Source of the DNA: the human T2T-CHM13v2.0 reference genome, Homo sapiens
Length of the DNA stretch: 64,000 bases
NCBI GenBank assembly: GCA_009914755.4
Contig: CP086569.2
Coordinates: 16,160,001 to 16,224,000, forward strand
Direction of reading: 5' to 3'
The notes beneath the pieces were generated by a model. That model was not told the DNA's origin, searched no databases, and saw nothing but the letters and a program-made list of their open reading frames with translations. A program made the position numbers and the translations under genes. Of the stretch, positions 1 through 12,639 are shown one piece after another (within the stretch, counting starts at the first letter, position 1; every line of letters starts with the position of its first letter).

Positions 1-1241
1 ATTTTAAAAAGCTAGGGTGGGAGGGACAGCTTTTTCTCTGGCTACATGAATGACATGTCTGGTCAAACCATATAAGCAGCCACATATCACTCCCCCACCA
101 CCAGCCCACAACACAGGGTTTCTTTTTGTTGGAATGCCCCCTCCCTCTGTCTCTGTATGGGGCAGCTGTTTTCTCCTTCCTTCCTTCTTTCTTGGCTATT
201 AAACTTTTCATTCCTTAAAAACACTCCACATGTGTCCATGTTGTTAATCCTATCCACATGAGACCAAGAACATTGGTGTTTCTCCAGTCATTGGAGCCTG
301 ATCAATAAGAGAAGCTGTTGGTATGCCTTAATTAGGGCAAATGAGAAGAGGGCTGTGGAAACAACTTGACAGATTGCTCATCAGAGCAGAAAGAAGCTTC
401 TATGTCTTTTCACAGTCACACTGTCCCATTTACATCCCTGAAATATTCTCTTTCCCCAAGAGTTGCTAAGCAGGCAATCCCAAAAGGGGAGACTTGGAAA
501 CACCGTCTATCTGGAAGAGGACCTACCCCACACTCTGGTAAAGAATAGGGTATCTATACATCCTCAATGAAGAAACTGAGCGGAAAAGCCAGGATGATGA
601 GGCTTCCAAATTTATTTGCAACCTTAGGCCAAGCTCCCAAGGCCAGCTACCTAAGAACTGCCACTTTGCCCTCTTTGATTTCCAGGGAATTAATACACCC
701 CAAGTTCAGTTGCATGTCACCTGCAGCCTGGGAGAAACATGGTGACTTGGGGCTCCCTGCAAGAGACATGATGTGTGATTCAGCCCCTTTTGATGCAGTG
801 CTTAAGGAAATATCAGGGAGCAGAGAGTGAATAATCATTTGCATCCCGGGTGCCACAGGCAGCTTTCCAAGAGGGAGCCTGCAGTAGCCAAGGCTTCCAA
901 GGAGGCCAGAGACCCCTGTTTAGTTTTGAGCTCAGCATGGGGAAAGAAAGAGAGATAGAGAGAGGAAGAGTGACCATTTCCAACAAAGTAGACAAATGAA
1001 GGGTTAAATAAAAACAGTGGTATCCATGGAAGAATTGGGAGAGCACACTGTCTGGAGCCTTTATTTTATGTTAATCACTCCTGTAGTTGCTACAGCCTCA
1101 GAAAGACACATTTCTTATGCAGACAGTGTTCGTTGTCAAAGGCTGATCAAGGATGCAGGAGTGTGGCCACAAAATGAATTAGCTCTGTGGGTACCAAATG
1201 GAAAAACCAGTTCAAACCAGAGCATGGCACACCAGCTCCAG

Positions 1242-1699
1242 TAAGGGAGGAGACCACCCCTTATATTATCTTCTGCCCAATTTGTGCCTCCAAAGAAAGG
1301 AGAAGTAAAAACTAAAAGGCACAAATAAATCCATAGGCAGACAGCCCAGCACCACACCCTAGGCCTGGGAGTTAAAGATCAACCCCTGACCTATTGGTTA
1401 TGTTATATATAGATTTCAGAATTGTATGGAAAAGCACTCTGAAAATCCCTGTCCTGTTCTGTGCTGATTATCGGTGCATGCAGCCCCCAGTCACATATCC
1501 TCTGCTTGCTCAATCAATCACAAACCTCTCACAAAGAACCCCTTAGACTTATAAGCCCTTAAGAGGTATAGGAATTGCTCACTCAGGGAGCTTGGTTTTA
1601 GAGACATGAGTCTTGCCAATGCTTCCAGCTGAATAAAGCCCTTCCTTCTTTAACTTGGTGTCTGAGGGGTTTTGTCTGTAGCTCATGTTCCTAATTTCT
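1242..1699 (+). repeat. HERV-E 5' LTR with a TATA-like 'tatatataga' near 1405 and a polyA signal 'aataaagcc' near 1634
   Basis: Homologous to the 3' copy at 16615-17072. It ends immediately before the tRNA-Glu PBS. Confidence 0.7.
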
Positions 1700-1717
1700 T
1701 GGTTCCCTGACCAGGAA
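1700..1717 (+). promoter_or_regulatory. Primer-binding site complementary to the tRNA-Glu 3' end
   Basis: 'tggttccctgaccagga' against the canonical tRNA-Glu PBS TGGTTCCCTGACCGGGA, with one mismatch. Confidence 0.7.
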
Positions 1718-1977
1718 GCAAGGTGATTAACAAACAGTTGAGGAAGCCCCTTAGGCAGCTTAGGCCTTCCCTGTGGAGCATCCCCATGGGGGACTCCAAC
1801 CAGCTTGAACAACACAGATACTGCGAATGCTCACAGGTAGGCAATTGCTCAAACTATAAAATTGTGTGTGTGCCCTCTTTACTTGCTTTTTGTTTTGTGG
1901 TGTGCATGTTGTGTGAGTGTGGTGTTTTGTCTCCAGGAAACAAAGGTCAGGCACAAAATAACCCCATCCCACAAGGA

Positions 1978-3340
1978 AATATGATGAAAAATGTCAAAAA
2001 GGGATTTAAGGGAGACTATGGAGTTACTATGATGCCAGGAAAACTTAGAACTTTGTGTGAGATAGACAGGCCAGCATTAGAAGTGGATTGGCCATAAGAA
2101 GGAAGCCTGGACTGGTCCCTTGTCTTGAGGATATGGCACAGGGTAATCTGTAAGCCAGGGCACCCAGATCAGTTCCCATATATAGATTCTTGGTTACAAC
2201 TGGTTTTAGATCCCCCACAATTTTTAAGAGGATAGGCAGCAGCAGTACTAGTAGCAAAGGGACAGTTAGTTAAGGAAGGCTTTTGCTCCACCCACCAAGG
2301 GAAGTTGGTACCAAAAGTCCTGTCCAACCCAACAGCAGAAGAATCATGGCAGGAATTGGTACCAGCAGTGCCCCGTCCTTATCAAGAGGGAGGGCTTCAC
2401 ACTCCTGAACCCACAGCACCTCCATGTCCACCAGATATCCACACTCCTAGACCACCAAGAGTAGACAAAAGAGGAAGTGAAGCCATGGGAGAAACTCCTC
2501 CCTTGGCAGCTCACTTATGGCCCAAGGCTAGAATCCAAATGCCCCTGAGAGAGCAGCAATATATTTGGGTAGATGAGGAGAGACACATGGTGGAAAGGCA
2601 TGCCTTTATGTATCAACCTTTCACCTCTGCTGACCTCAATTGGAAGAATAATACTCCTTCTTACACCAAAAAGTCTCAAGCTTTAATTGACTTGCTCCAA
2701 ACTATTATATAGACTGACAATCCTACTTGGGCTGATTGCTACCAGCTGCTCAGCTGCCAGGAACAGACCCCCAATGGGACCCAATCAAGGGACCAAACAT
2801 GGAAAGGCTAAGATGGTACCATGAGGCATTAATAGAAGATCAAAGAAGGGGTTTCAAAAGGCTACAAATGTAAATAAGGTCTCTGAGGTCATCCAAGGAA
2901 AAGAGGAGAGTCCAGCGCAATTCTATGAAAGACTGTGTGAGGCTTACCGTATGTACACTCCTTTTGATCTAGATAGCCCTGAAAATCAGCGCATGATTAA
3001 CATGGCCTTAGCTAGTCAAAGTGCAGAAGATATCAGGAGAAAACTGCAGAAACAGGCTGGGTTTGCATGTATGAATACCTCGCAGTTACTGGAAATAGCC
3101 AATTAAGTGTTTCTGAATAGAGATTCAACAAGCCGCAGAGAAAGCTGTAAGGAAGACGAATGTCAGGCTAGGTGAAATGCTGACTTACTGGCTGTGGCCA
3201 CTAGGGGAATTCCCCCAAAAGAAGAGGGAAAAGGGGGTTCTGGGAAGGATACCCAGTCTAATTGCCCACACTTGCAATGTAACCAATGTGACTATTGTAA
3301 TGAAATAGAACATTGGAAAGATAAGTGTCCCCAAGTGAAG
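1978..3340 (+). pseudogene. HERV-E gag remnant (MA, p12, CA, NC) with several stops and frameshifts
   Basis: MA-like 'MMKNVKKGFKGDYG...LCEIDRPALEVDWP' resembles MLV '..FCSAEWPTFNVGWP'. There is a proline-rich p12-like tract 'PPCPPDIHTPRPP'. The CA major homology region reads 'QFYERLCEAYRMYTPFDLDSPENQRM'. The NC CCHC knuckle 'CDYCNEIEHWKDKC' lies at about 3283-3325. Confidence 0.7.
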
Positions 3341-3440
3341 GAAAAGTAATGTGATTCAGAACAAAAGACCTCAGCTAAAGATGAGGGAGCTTTTTTCAAT
3401 CTGGCTGAAGGGCTATTAGACTGAAGGAGACTGGGCTCAA

Positions 3441-3800
3441 GTGCCCCCCAGGATTACAAAGGGGGGCAAGGACATTAAGTTTTTGGTCAATAATGGCGCT
3501 GACCATTCAGTAGTGATCACCTTGGTTGTCCTCTTAACCAAGAAAACTGTTGTTATAATCAGAGCAACAGGAGTTTCCACTAAGCAGGCTTTCTGTCTAC
3601 TGAGGACCTGCTCAGTGGGGGGACATGAAATAGTTCACCAGTTCTTGTACATACCTAACTGTCCCTTGTTTTGCTGGGAAGAGACTTGCTTAGCAAGCTG
3701 ACATCCACCATCTCCTTTACAAAACAGCACTCTTTACAGCTAAAGTTACGAGGAACAGGAGTTAACATGGCCCTTAGGGTCCCCCTGGAAGAAGAATGGA
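3441..3800 (+). pseudogene. HERV-E protease remnant with the active site mutated from DTGA to NNGA
   Basis: 'FLVNNGADHSVV' aligns to the retropepsin 'FLVDTGAQHSVL' and a downstream 'LLGRDLLSKL' motif is present. Loss of the catalytic Asp shows it is inactive. Confidence 0.65.
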
Positions 3801-3867
3801 GACTTTTTCTAACTGAGACAGGCCAAGAGATAAAACCAGCTCTAGTAAGTGATGGCCCCAAGTATGG

Positions 3868-5190
3868 GTGGAGGATAATCCTCTGGGAGTGGCAGTCAAA
3901 CAACCCACCTTTCCCATAGAAGTTAAGCCCAGGGCCCAGTCAATTAGACAAAAGCAGTATCCACTTCTCAGAGAAGCTCTCAAAGGAATCCAGGTTCATC
4001 TCAGGCACTTGAAAGCCTATGGAATTATAGTTTCTTGCCAGTCTCCATGGTACACCCCGCTCCTGCCTGTACCTAAGCCAGGGACCAAGGACTTTCAGCT
4101 AGTACAGGACTTGTATTTGGTCAACCAAGCTACAGTGACTTTGCACTCAACAGTTCCTAACCCTTACACATTGTTAGGGCTGCTGCCAGCTGGGGACAGT
4201 TGGTTTACCTGTCTGGACTTAAAAGATGCCTTCTTTATCATCAGACTAGCTCCTGAGATTCTGAAGCTGTTTGCCTTTCAGTGGGAAGATCCAGAGTCAG
4301 GTATCACTACTCAGTGCACTTGGACCCAGCTTCCCCAAGGGTTCAAGAACTCCCCTACTATCTTTGACAGGGCTCTGGCTCGAGACCTGTAAAAGTTTCC
4401 TGCTAAAGACCAAGTCTGCATCTTGCTCCTGTACATGGATGACCTTCTGCTTGGACACTCCATGGCAGTTGGGTGTGCAAAAGGGACAGATGCCCTGCTT
4501 CAGCACCTGAAGGACTGTGGGTAAAAGTGTCCAAGAAGAAAGCTCAGATCTGCAGACAGCAGATGCTACCTGAGATTCACTGTTCAGAAAGGGGAGAACA
4601 ACCTGAGGTCAGAAAGAAATCAGGTCATCTTCAGCTTGCCAGAACCTAAAACCAGAAGGCAAGTAAGGGAATTACTAGGCCTGTGGGGTTTTGCACATTA
4701 TGGATTCCAAACTTTGCAGTACTAGCCAAGCCATTGTAGAGGGTTACAAAGGGGGATGACCGAGAGCCTCTATAAGCCCCTTTGAATGGGGGCCTCTACA
4801 ACAGAAGACTTTTGTAAGTTAAAGGAAATACTTATGTTGGCCCCAGACCTAGGACTACCAGATTTGACAAAGCCCTTTACACTGTATGTGTCTGAAAGAG
4901 AAAAAATGGCAGTTGGAGTTTTAACCCAGATTGTTGGGCCCTGGGCAGGACCAGTGGCCTATCTCTCAAAACAACTAGATGGGATTTCCAAAGCCTGGTC
5001 CCTTTGTCTAAGGGCACTGGCAGCAATGGTCCTGTTAGAACAAGAAGCAGATAAACTAACCCTTGGGCAAAATCTGAATATAAAGGCCACCCATGCTGTG
5101 ATAACTTTGATGAATACCAAAGGACATCATTGGCTAACAAATGCTAGATTAACCAAGTACCAGAGCTTACCATATGAAAATCCCTCATAA
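3868..5190 (+). pseudogene. HERV-E reverse transcriptase remnant
   Basis: 'LLPVPKPGTKDFQLVQDLYLVNQATV', 'NPYTLLGLLP', 'WFTCLDLKDAFF', and YMDD encoded at about 4431-4442 ('LLLYMDDLLL'). Stop codons break the frame between segments. Confidence 0.75.
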
Positions 5191-5331
5191 ACATAGAAGT
5201 TTACAACACCCTAAATCCTGCCACCCTGCTCGCAGTAGCAGAGAGCCTGGTCAAGCATAACTGTATAGAGGTGTTGGACTCAGTTTATTCTAGCAGACCT
5301 GACCTTCAGAACCAGCCATGGGCATCAGTAG

Positions 5332-5664
5332 ATGGGGAGTTACGTGGAAGGGAGCAGCTTCATCAACCCACAAGGAGAAAGATGTGCAGGATATGCAGTG
5401 GTAACTTTGGATGTTGTCATTGAAGCCAAACCATTGCCATGGGGCACTTCAGCCCAGAAGGCTGAGCTCATTGCTTTAACTCAGGCTCTAGAACTCAGTG
5501 AAGGTAAGAATGTAAACATCTACACTGACTCTCAATATGCCTTTCTAATCCTTCAAGTGCATGAAGCATTATATAAGGAAAAGGGTCTGTTAAACTCTGG
5601 GGGAAAGGACATAAAATATCAACAAGAAATTCTACAATTACTAGAGGCAGTGTGGAAAACTTAA
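5332..5664 (+). pseudogene. HERV-E RNase H remnant
   Basis: 'NIYTDSQYAFLILQVHEALYKEKGLLNSGGKDIKYQQEILQLLEAV' is the typical gammaretroviral RNase H C-terminal region. Confidence 0.65.
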
Positions 5665-5713
5665 GAAGGTGGCAGTCTTGCACTGCAGGGGATACCAGTA
5701 AGCCTCCATATCA

Positions 5714-6518
5714 GTGGCCTTAGGAAACTCTCGAGCTGATTCAGAAGCTCAAAAAGCAGCGTCTACCCCTTACCGGGCATTGGTAGCAGCTGGCCTACTC
5801 CCTCAAACACCTGACCTGGTACCTACCTATTCTAAGGAAGAAAAAGACTTCTTCCACGCAGGAGGGGGCCAAGTAATAAAAGAAGGATGGATCAGACTGC
5901 CAGATGGGTGTATAGCTGTGCCACAGTTGCTGGGAGCCACAGTCATACTGGCCATGCATGAAACCACTCATCTAGGTCAAGAGTCACTTGAAAAGTTGTT
6001 AGGCCAGTACTTCTACATCTCACACTTGCCAGCCTTTGCCAAAACAGTAGCACAACAGTGCATTACTTGCCAATAGCACTATGCGAGGCAAAGCCCCATG
6101 GTTCTGCCTGGCATATAAGCTTATGGAGCAGCTCCTTTTGAGGATCTTCAGGTGGATTTCACAGAAATGTCAGAATGTAGAGTTAACAAGTATTTGCTGG
6201 TTTATGTGTGTACTTACTCCCGGTGAGTGGAGGCTTATACAACATGAACTGAAAAGGCCTATGAGGTAACCTGTGTACTTCTCTGAGATCTTATTCCTAG
6301 GTTTGGACTGCCCTTATGAATCAGCTTAGATAATGGGCCAGCATTTGTGGCTGACTTAGTACAGAGGACAGCAAAGACATTAGGAACCACTTGGAAGCTA
6401 CATGCCACCTACAAACCTCAGAGTTCTGGAAAGATGGAGCAAATGAATCGGACTATCAAAACTAATTTAGGGAAAGTATGACAGGAAATAGGATGAAAGT
6501 GGATATAGGCCCTTCCTA
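5714..6518 (+). pseudogene. HERV-E integrase, N-terminal and catalytic-core part, cut off by the HERV9 insertion
   Basis: HHCC-like 'HETTHLGQESLEKLL...CITCQ'. The downstream 'DNGPAFVADLVQRTAKTLGTTWKLHATYKPQSSGKMEQMNRTIKTNLGK' aligns to MLV IN 'DNGPAFVS...[29 protein letters not shown]'. The following 'KWI.ALPME' resembles 'DWVLLLPLAL' just before the LTR12 junction. Confidence 0.7.
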
Positions 6519-7787
6519 TGGAGAGGTGACAGCTTGCTGGCAGCCCTCACAGCCCTTGCTTGCTCTTGGCACCTCCTCAGCCTTGGTGCCCACTCTGGCC
6601 ATACTTGAGGATCCCTTCAGCCCACTGCTGCACTGTGGAAGCCCTTTCCTGGGCTGCCCAAGGCCAGAGCCGGTTCCCTCAGCTTATGGGGAACTGTGGA
6701 GGGAGAAGCATGGGCAGAAACTGGGGCTGCGAGTGACACTTGCAGGCCAGCATGAGTTCCAAGTGGCCGTGGGCTCTGCAGGCCTCACACTTGGAGCAGC
6801 CGCCCAGCCCGCAAGCCCCAGGCAGTGAGGGGCTTAGCACTGGGCCAGCAGCTGCTGTGCTCGACTTCTCACTGGGCATTACCTGCCTCCCCACAGGGCA
6901 GGGCTCAGGACCTGCAGCCTGCCATGCCTGAGCTTCTCCCTGCTATGGGCTCCTGCGCAGTCTGAGCCTCCCCAACAAACACCGCTCCCTGCTCCATGGT
7001 GCCCAGTCCCATTGAACACCCAAGGGCTGAGAAGTGTGGGCGCACAGTGTGAGACTGGCAGGCAGCTCCACCTCTGGCCCCGGTGTGGGATCCACTGTGT
7101 GAAGCCAGCTGGGCTCCTGAGTCTGGTGGGGACTTGGAGAATCTTTATGTCTAGCTAAGGGATTGTAAATACACCAATTGGCACTCTGTATCTAGCTCAA
7201 GGTTTGTAAACACACCAATCAGCACCTTGTGTCCAGCTCAGGGTTTGTGAATGCACCAATCAACACGCCGTATCTAGTTACTCTAGTGGGGAAATGGAGA
7301 ACTTTTGTGTCTAGCTCGGATGGTAAATGCACCAATCAGCACCCTGTCAAAATGGACCAGTCAGCTGTCTGTAAAACAGACCAATTGGCTCTCTGTAAAA
7401 TGGACCAATAAGCAGGATGTGGGTAGGGCCAGATAAGAGAATAAAAGCAGGCTGCCTGAGCCAGCAGTGGCAACCTGCTGGCTGGGGTCCCCTTCCACAA
7501 TGTGGAAGCTTTGTTCTTTCGCTCTTTGCAATCAATCTTGCTGCTGCTCACTCTTTGTGTCCACATGACCTTTATGAGCTGTAACACTCACCGCAAAGGT
7601 CTGCAGCCTCACTCCTGAGCCAGCAAGACCAGGAACACACCATAAGGAAGAAACTCTGAATACATCCAAACCTCAGAAGGAACAAACTCTGGACATGCCG
7701 TCTTTAAGAACTCTAACACTCACCACAACGGTCTGCAGCTTCATGCTTGAAGTCAGTGAGACCAAGAACTTACCAATTCCAGACACA
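6519..7787 (+). repeat. HERV9 5' LTR of LTR12 type, with U3 CCAAT-box tandem subrepeats at about 7140-7420
   Basis: About four subrepeats of the form 'tgtgtctagctcagggattgtaaa.gcaccaatcagcaccctg', a TATA-like 'gataagagaataaaagcaggctgcc', and an R/U5 'ctttgttctttcgctctttgcaatcaatcttgctgctgctcactctttg'. These features match the known LTR12 (HERV9) architecture. Confidence 0.75.
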
Positions 7788-7790
7788 CTT

Positions 7791-7809
7791 TGGCAACCAC
7801 GAAGGGACC
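7791..7809 (+). promoter_or_regulatory. HERV9 primer-binding site of tRNA-Arg type
   Basis: 'tggcaaccacgaagggacc' against the ERV9 tRNA-Arg PBS TGGCGACCACGAAGGGAC, with one mismatch. Confidence 0.6.
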
Positions 7810-8997
7810 ATCACCTATTGCCAAGGGGTGAGACTATATCTGAGCAGTGAGACCATCACCTATCACTGAAAGGCATGACTGTCACTTATCACCAAGCAGT
7901 GAGTACCATTGGACCCCTTTCGCTTGCTATTCTGTCCTATTTTTCCTTAGAATTTGGGGGCTAAATACCGGGCATCTGTATCCAGTTAAAAGTGATTAGC
8001 ATGGCCACCAGACTAAAGACATGGGTGTCAGGCTTTCTGGGAAAGTGGTTTCCTAGAACCAGCTTCCGCTTTTCCTGTACTTCTGGGTTGAGCTGAGAGT
8101 CGACAGAAAGGGAAGCCATGCAGCTCCGGGGTCCAAACAACAAGTTCGTTGACCCTGCAGCCATGAGCAGAACTCTCAAAGGCATGTCACCCAAGCGAGA
8201 CTTGACCATCTATCCTATCTATCCTAACCCTTGCCTCCTGGGTCCTAATGCCTGCCAGGCAAACTTCCTCTTGCCTCTCTTCTCTGAGGTTAGTCTCACT
8301 TCTAAAAATTGCTACCTGTGTCTTGTGTTTTCTAGTTTCCCCTATAAGAATGATTTCCAGTATAAACTCCAGGACTCTGTTACCTTTTTAGGCACTTGGG
8401 CTCACCAATCATAAAGACATAATTTTTGCCCAAAGCCCCATCATAGTGGGGACTACCTGGAATTTTAGGATCCCTCCTCAGACTAACAGGCCTAACAAAA
8501 GCTACTCCTGAACCTAGGATATGGGGAGCCTCAGAAATTGTATCCTTCCTATTCATATAAGTGAGGCAAAAGGTGTCACTCTTCCAACCCTGGAGATCCC
8601 TTCCCTCCCTCAGGGTACGGCCCTCCACTTCATTTTTGGGGCATAACACCTGTATAGGACACGGGTAAAGTCCCAATGTCAACAGGAGAATGCTTAGGAC
8701 TCTAACAGTTTTTTGAGAATGCATTGGTAAGGGCCACTGAATCCAATTTATCTCAGTCACTCCTCCTTGTGGTCTAGGAGAACAGGCAAAGGTGCAGGTT
8801 TTCCAGAATCCATTGGTAAGAGCCACTAAATCCGACCTTTCTCAGTCCTCCATGTGGTCTGGGAGGAAAACTAGTGTTTCTGCTGCTGCGTCAGTGAGCG
8901 CAACTATTATGATCAGCAGGGTCCAGGGGCCGTTGTGGGTTCCTGAGCAGGGGGAGAAACAAAACAAACCAAAACTACAGGCGGTTTTGTCTTTCAG

Positions 8998-10420
8998 ATG
9001 GGAAACAGGTATCAACAGGCTCACCCTTGAAATGCATTCTAAGCCATTGGGACCAATTTAACCCACAAACCCTGAAAAAGTGGTGGCTCATTTTTTTCTG
9101 CACTACGACTTGGCCCCAATATTCTCTCTGATGGGGAAAAATGGCCACCTTAGGGAAGTATAAATTACAATAGTATCCTGCAGCTTGACCTTTTCTGTAA
9201 GAGGAAAGGCAAATGGAGTGAAATACCTTATGTCCAAACTTTCTTTTCATTAAGGGAGAATACACAACTATGCAAAGCTTATAATTTACATCCCACAGGA
9301 GGACCTCTCAGCTTACCCTCATATTCTAGCCTCCCTATAGCTTCCTTTTCTATAAATGACAATCCTCCTCTAATCTCCCCTGCCCAGAAGGAAATAAGCA
9401 AAGAAATCTCCAAAGGACCACAAAAACACCCGGGCTGTTGGTTATGTCCCCTTCAATCTGTAGGGGGAGGGGAATTTGGCCCAACCCCGGTACATGTCCC
9501 CTTCTCCCTCTCTGACTTAAAACAGATCAAGGCAGACCTCGGGGAAGTTTTCAGATGATCCTGATAGGTACATAGATGTCCTACAGGGTCTAGGGCAAAC
9601 CTTCAACCTTGCTTGGAGAGATGTCATGCTACTGTTAGATCAAACCTTGGCCTTTAATGAAAAAAATGTGGCTTTAGTTGCAGCCTGAGAGCTTGGAGAT
9701 ACCTGGTATCTTAGTCAAGGAAATAATAGAATGACAGCTGAAGAAAAGGACAAATTCCCTACCAGTCAGCAAGCCATCCCCAGTATGGATCCCCACTGGG
9801 ACCTTAACTCAGATCATGGGAACTGGATTCATAAACTTCTGTTGACCTATGTTCTAGAAGGACAAAGGAGAATTAGAAAAAGCCCATAAATTAGTCAATG
9901 ATGTCCACCATAACTCAGGGAAAGGAAGAAAATGCTTCCTTCCTCAAGCGGCTATGAGAGGCCCTAAGAAAATATACTCTCCTGTCACCCGAATCACTGG
10001 AGGGTCAATTGATTCTAAAACATATGTTTATTACCCAATCAGCCACAGATATCAGAAGAAAGCTCCAAAAGAAAGTCCTGGACCATGAACAAAATCTAGA
10101 GGCATTATTAAACCTGGCAACCTCGGTGTTCTATAATAGGGACCAAGAGGAACAGGACCAAAAGGAAAAGTGAGATCAGAGAAAGGCCGCAGCATGGCCC
10201 TAAGACAAACAAACCTTGGTGGTTCAGAGAGGACAGAAAATGGAGCAGGCCAATCACCCAGTAGGATTTGTTATCAGTATGGTTTACTAGGACACTTTTA
10301 AAAGAAAGTCCAATGAGAAACAAGCTGCCCCCTCCTCCATGTCCACTATGCTGAGGCAATCACTGGAAGGTGCACTGCCCCAGAGGATGAAGTTTCCCTG
10401 GGTCAGAAGCCCCCAACCAG
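8998..10420 (+). pseudogene. HERV9 gag remnant, heavily disrupted
   Basis: 'atgggaaacaggtatcaacag' encodes MGNRYQQ, a myristoylation-type N-terminus, followed by an early stop. There is a degenerate NC knuckle 'ICYQYGLLGHF' near 10270. The region has many stops. Confidence 0.5.
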
Positions 10421-10489
10421 ATGATCCAACAACAGGACTGAGGGTGCCTGGGGCAAGCACCAACTCATGTCATCACCCTCACTGAGCCC

Positions 10490-10700
10490 CGGGTATGTTT
10501 AACTATTGAGGGCCAGGAAATTGACTTCCTCCTGGACACTGGTGCAGCCTTCTCCGTGGTAATCTCCTGTCCTGGACGACTGTCCTCAAGGTCCGTTACC
10601 ATCTGGGGAGTCCTGGGACAGCCTGTAACCAGGTATTTCTCCCACCTCCTCAGTTGTAATTGGGAGACTGATCTTTTCACATGCCTGTCTTGTTATGCCT
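10490..10700 (+). pseudogene. HERV9 protease remnant with the DTGA active site intact
   Basis: 'LTIEGQEIDFLLDTGAAFSVV', with DTGA encoded at about 10535-10546. Confidence 0.65.
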
Positions 10701-10717
10701 GAAAGTCTGACACCCTT

Positions 10718-12600
10718 ATGAGGGAGGGACATATTAGCCAAGGCTGGAGCTATTATCTACATGAATATGGGGACAAGTTACCCATTTGTTGCCCCCTACT
10801 TGAGGAGGGAATCAACCCTGAAGTCTGGGCATTGGAAGGACAATTTGGAAGGGCAAAAAATGCCCACCCAGTCCAAATCAGGTTAAAAGATCCTATCACT
10901 TTTCCTTATAAAAGGCAATATCCCTTAAGGCCTGAAGCTCATAAAGGATTACCGAATATTGTTAAAACTTTGAAAGCTCAAGTCTTAGTAAAGAAATGCA
11001 GCAGTCCCTGCAACAACCCAATTCTGGGAGTACAATAACCGAACGGTTAGTGGAGACTAGTGCAAGATCTTAGACTCATGAATGAGGCAGTAATTCCTCT
11101 ATATCCAGTTGTACCAAACCCCTATACCCTGCTCTCTCAAATACCAGAAGAAGCAAAATGGTTCACGGTTCTGGACCTCAAGGTGGCCTTCTTCTGTATT
11201 TCCCTGCACTCTTACTCCCAGTTTTTCTTTGCCTTTGAGGATCCCACAGACCACACATCCCAACTTACATGGACGGTCTTGCCCCAAAGGTTTAGGGATA
11301 GATCTCACCTCTTTGGTCAGGCACTGGCCCAAAATCTAGGCCACTTCTCAAGTCCAGGCATTTTGGCCCTTCAATATGTGGATGATTTACTGTTGGCTAC
11401 CAGTTCAGAAGCCTCATGCCAGCAGGCTGCTCTCGATCTCTTGAACTTTCTAGCTAATCAAGGGTACAAGGTGTCTAGGTTGAAGGCCCAGGTTTCCCTA
11501 CAGCAGGTCAAATATCTAGGCCTAATAGCCAGAGAGACCAGGGCCTTCAGCAAGAAATGAATGCAGCCTATACTGGCTTACCCTTTCCCTAAGACATTAA
11601 AACAGTTGCGGGTGTTCCTGGAATTACCGGCTTTTGCTGACTATGGATCCCCGGATGCAGGGAGATATCCATGCCCCTCTACACTCTAATCAAGGAAACC
11701 CAGAAGGCAAATACTCATCTAGTAGAATGGGAACCAGAGGCAGAAACAGCCTTCAAAACCTTAAAGCAGGCCCTAGTACAAGCTCTAGTTTTAAGCCTTC
11801 CCACAGGACAAAACTTCTCTTTATACATCACAGAGAGAGCTGGGATAGCTCCTGGAGTCCTTACTCAGACTCAGGGGACAACCCTACAACCAGTGGCATA
11901 CCTAAGTAAGGAAATTGATGTAGTGGCAAAAGGCTGGCCTCACTGTTTAAGGGCAGTTGCAGCAGTGGCTGTGTTAGTGTCACAGGCTATTCAAAATAAT
12001 ACAAGGAAAGGATCTCACTGTCTGGACTACTCATGATGTAAATGGCATGCTAGGTGCCAAAAGAAGTTTATGGCTATCAGACAACCGCCTACTTAGATAC
12101 CAAGTGCTACTCTTTGACGGACTGGTGCTTCAAATATGCACATTGATGGCCCTCATCCCTGCCACTTTTCTCCCAGAGGATGGGAAGCCAATCGAGCATG
12201 ACTGCCAACAAATTGTAGTCCAGACTTATGCTGCCCAAGATGATCTCTTAGAAGTCCCCTTAACTAATCCTGAGCTTAACCTATATACCGATGGAAGTTC
12301 ATCTGTGGAAAATGGGATATGAGGGGCAGGTTACACCATAGTTAGTGATGTAACCATACTTGAAAGTAAGCCTCTTCCCCCAGGAACCAGTGCCCAGTTA
12401 AGAGAACTAGTGGCACCTACCCGAGACTTAGAACTGGAAAAGAAAAAAAGAATAAATGTGTATACAGATTGCAAGTATGCTCATCTAATCCTACATGCCC
12501 ATGCTGCAATATGGAAAGAGAGGGAGTTCCTAGCCTCTGGGGGAACCCCCATTAAATACCCCAAGGAAATTATGGAGTTATTGCATGCCATACAAAAACC
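10718..12600 (+). pseudogene. HERV9 RT and RNase H remnant, split into several ORF fragments
   Basis: 'VPNPYTLLSQIPEEAKWFTVLDLKVAFF', and 'LQYVDDLLLA' with YVDD at about 11375-11386. RNase H motifs are 'NLYTDGSS' and 'NVYTDCKYAHLILHAHAAIWKEREFLASGG'. Confidence 0.75.
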
Positions 12601-12639
12601 CTAGGAGGTGGGAGTCTTATACTGCAAAAGCCATGCAAA

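Noticed and set aside
3868-4392. 174-aa ORF, and the other 100-135-aa ORFs across 2300-6100 and 10700-12600
   Set aside because: They are real coding remnants, but of retroviral gag/pro/pol (HERV-E and HERV9), broken by stops and frameshifts. I annotate them as pseudogene fragments of mobile elements, not as host CDS.
6478-6931. ORFs of 116, 71 and 63 aa inside the 5' LTR12 (similar ones at 13718-14243 in the 3' LTR12)
   Set aside because: They fall in the GC-rich U3 region of a non-coding LTR, on both strands and overlapping each other. The translations are Ala-, Gly- and Pro-rich nonsense. GC-rich sequence commonly produces this artefact.
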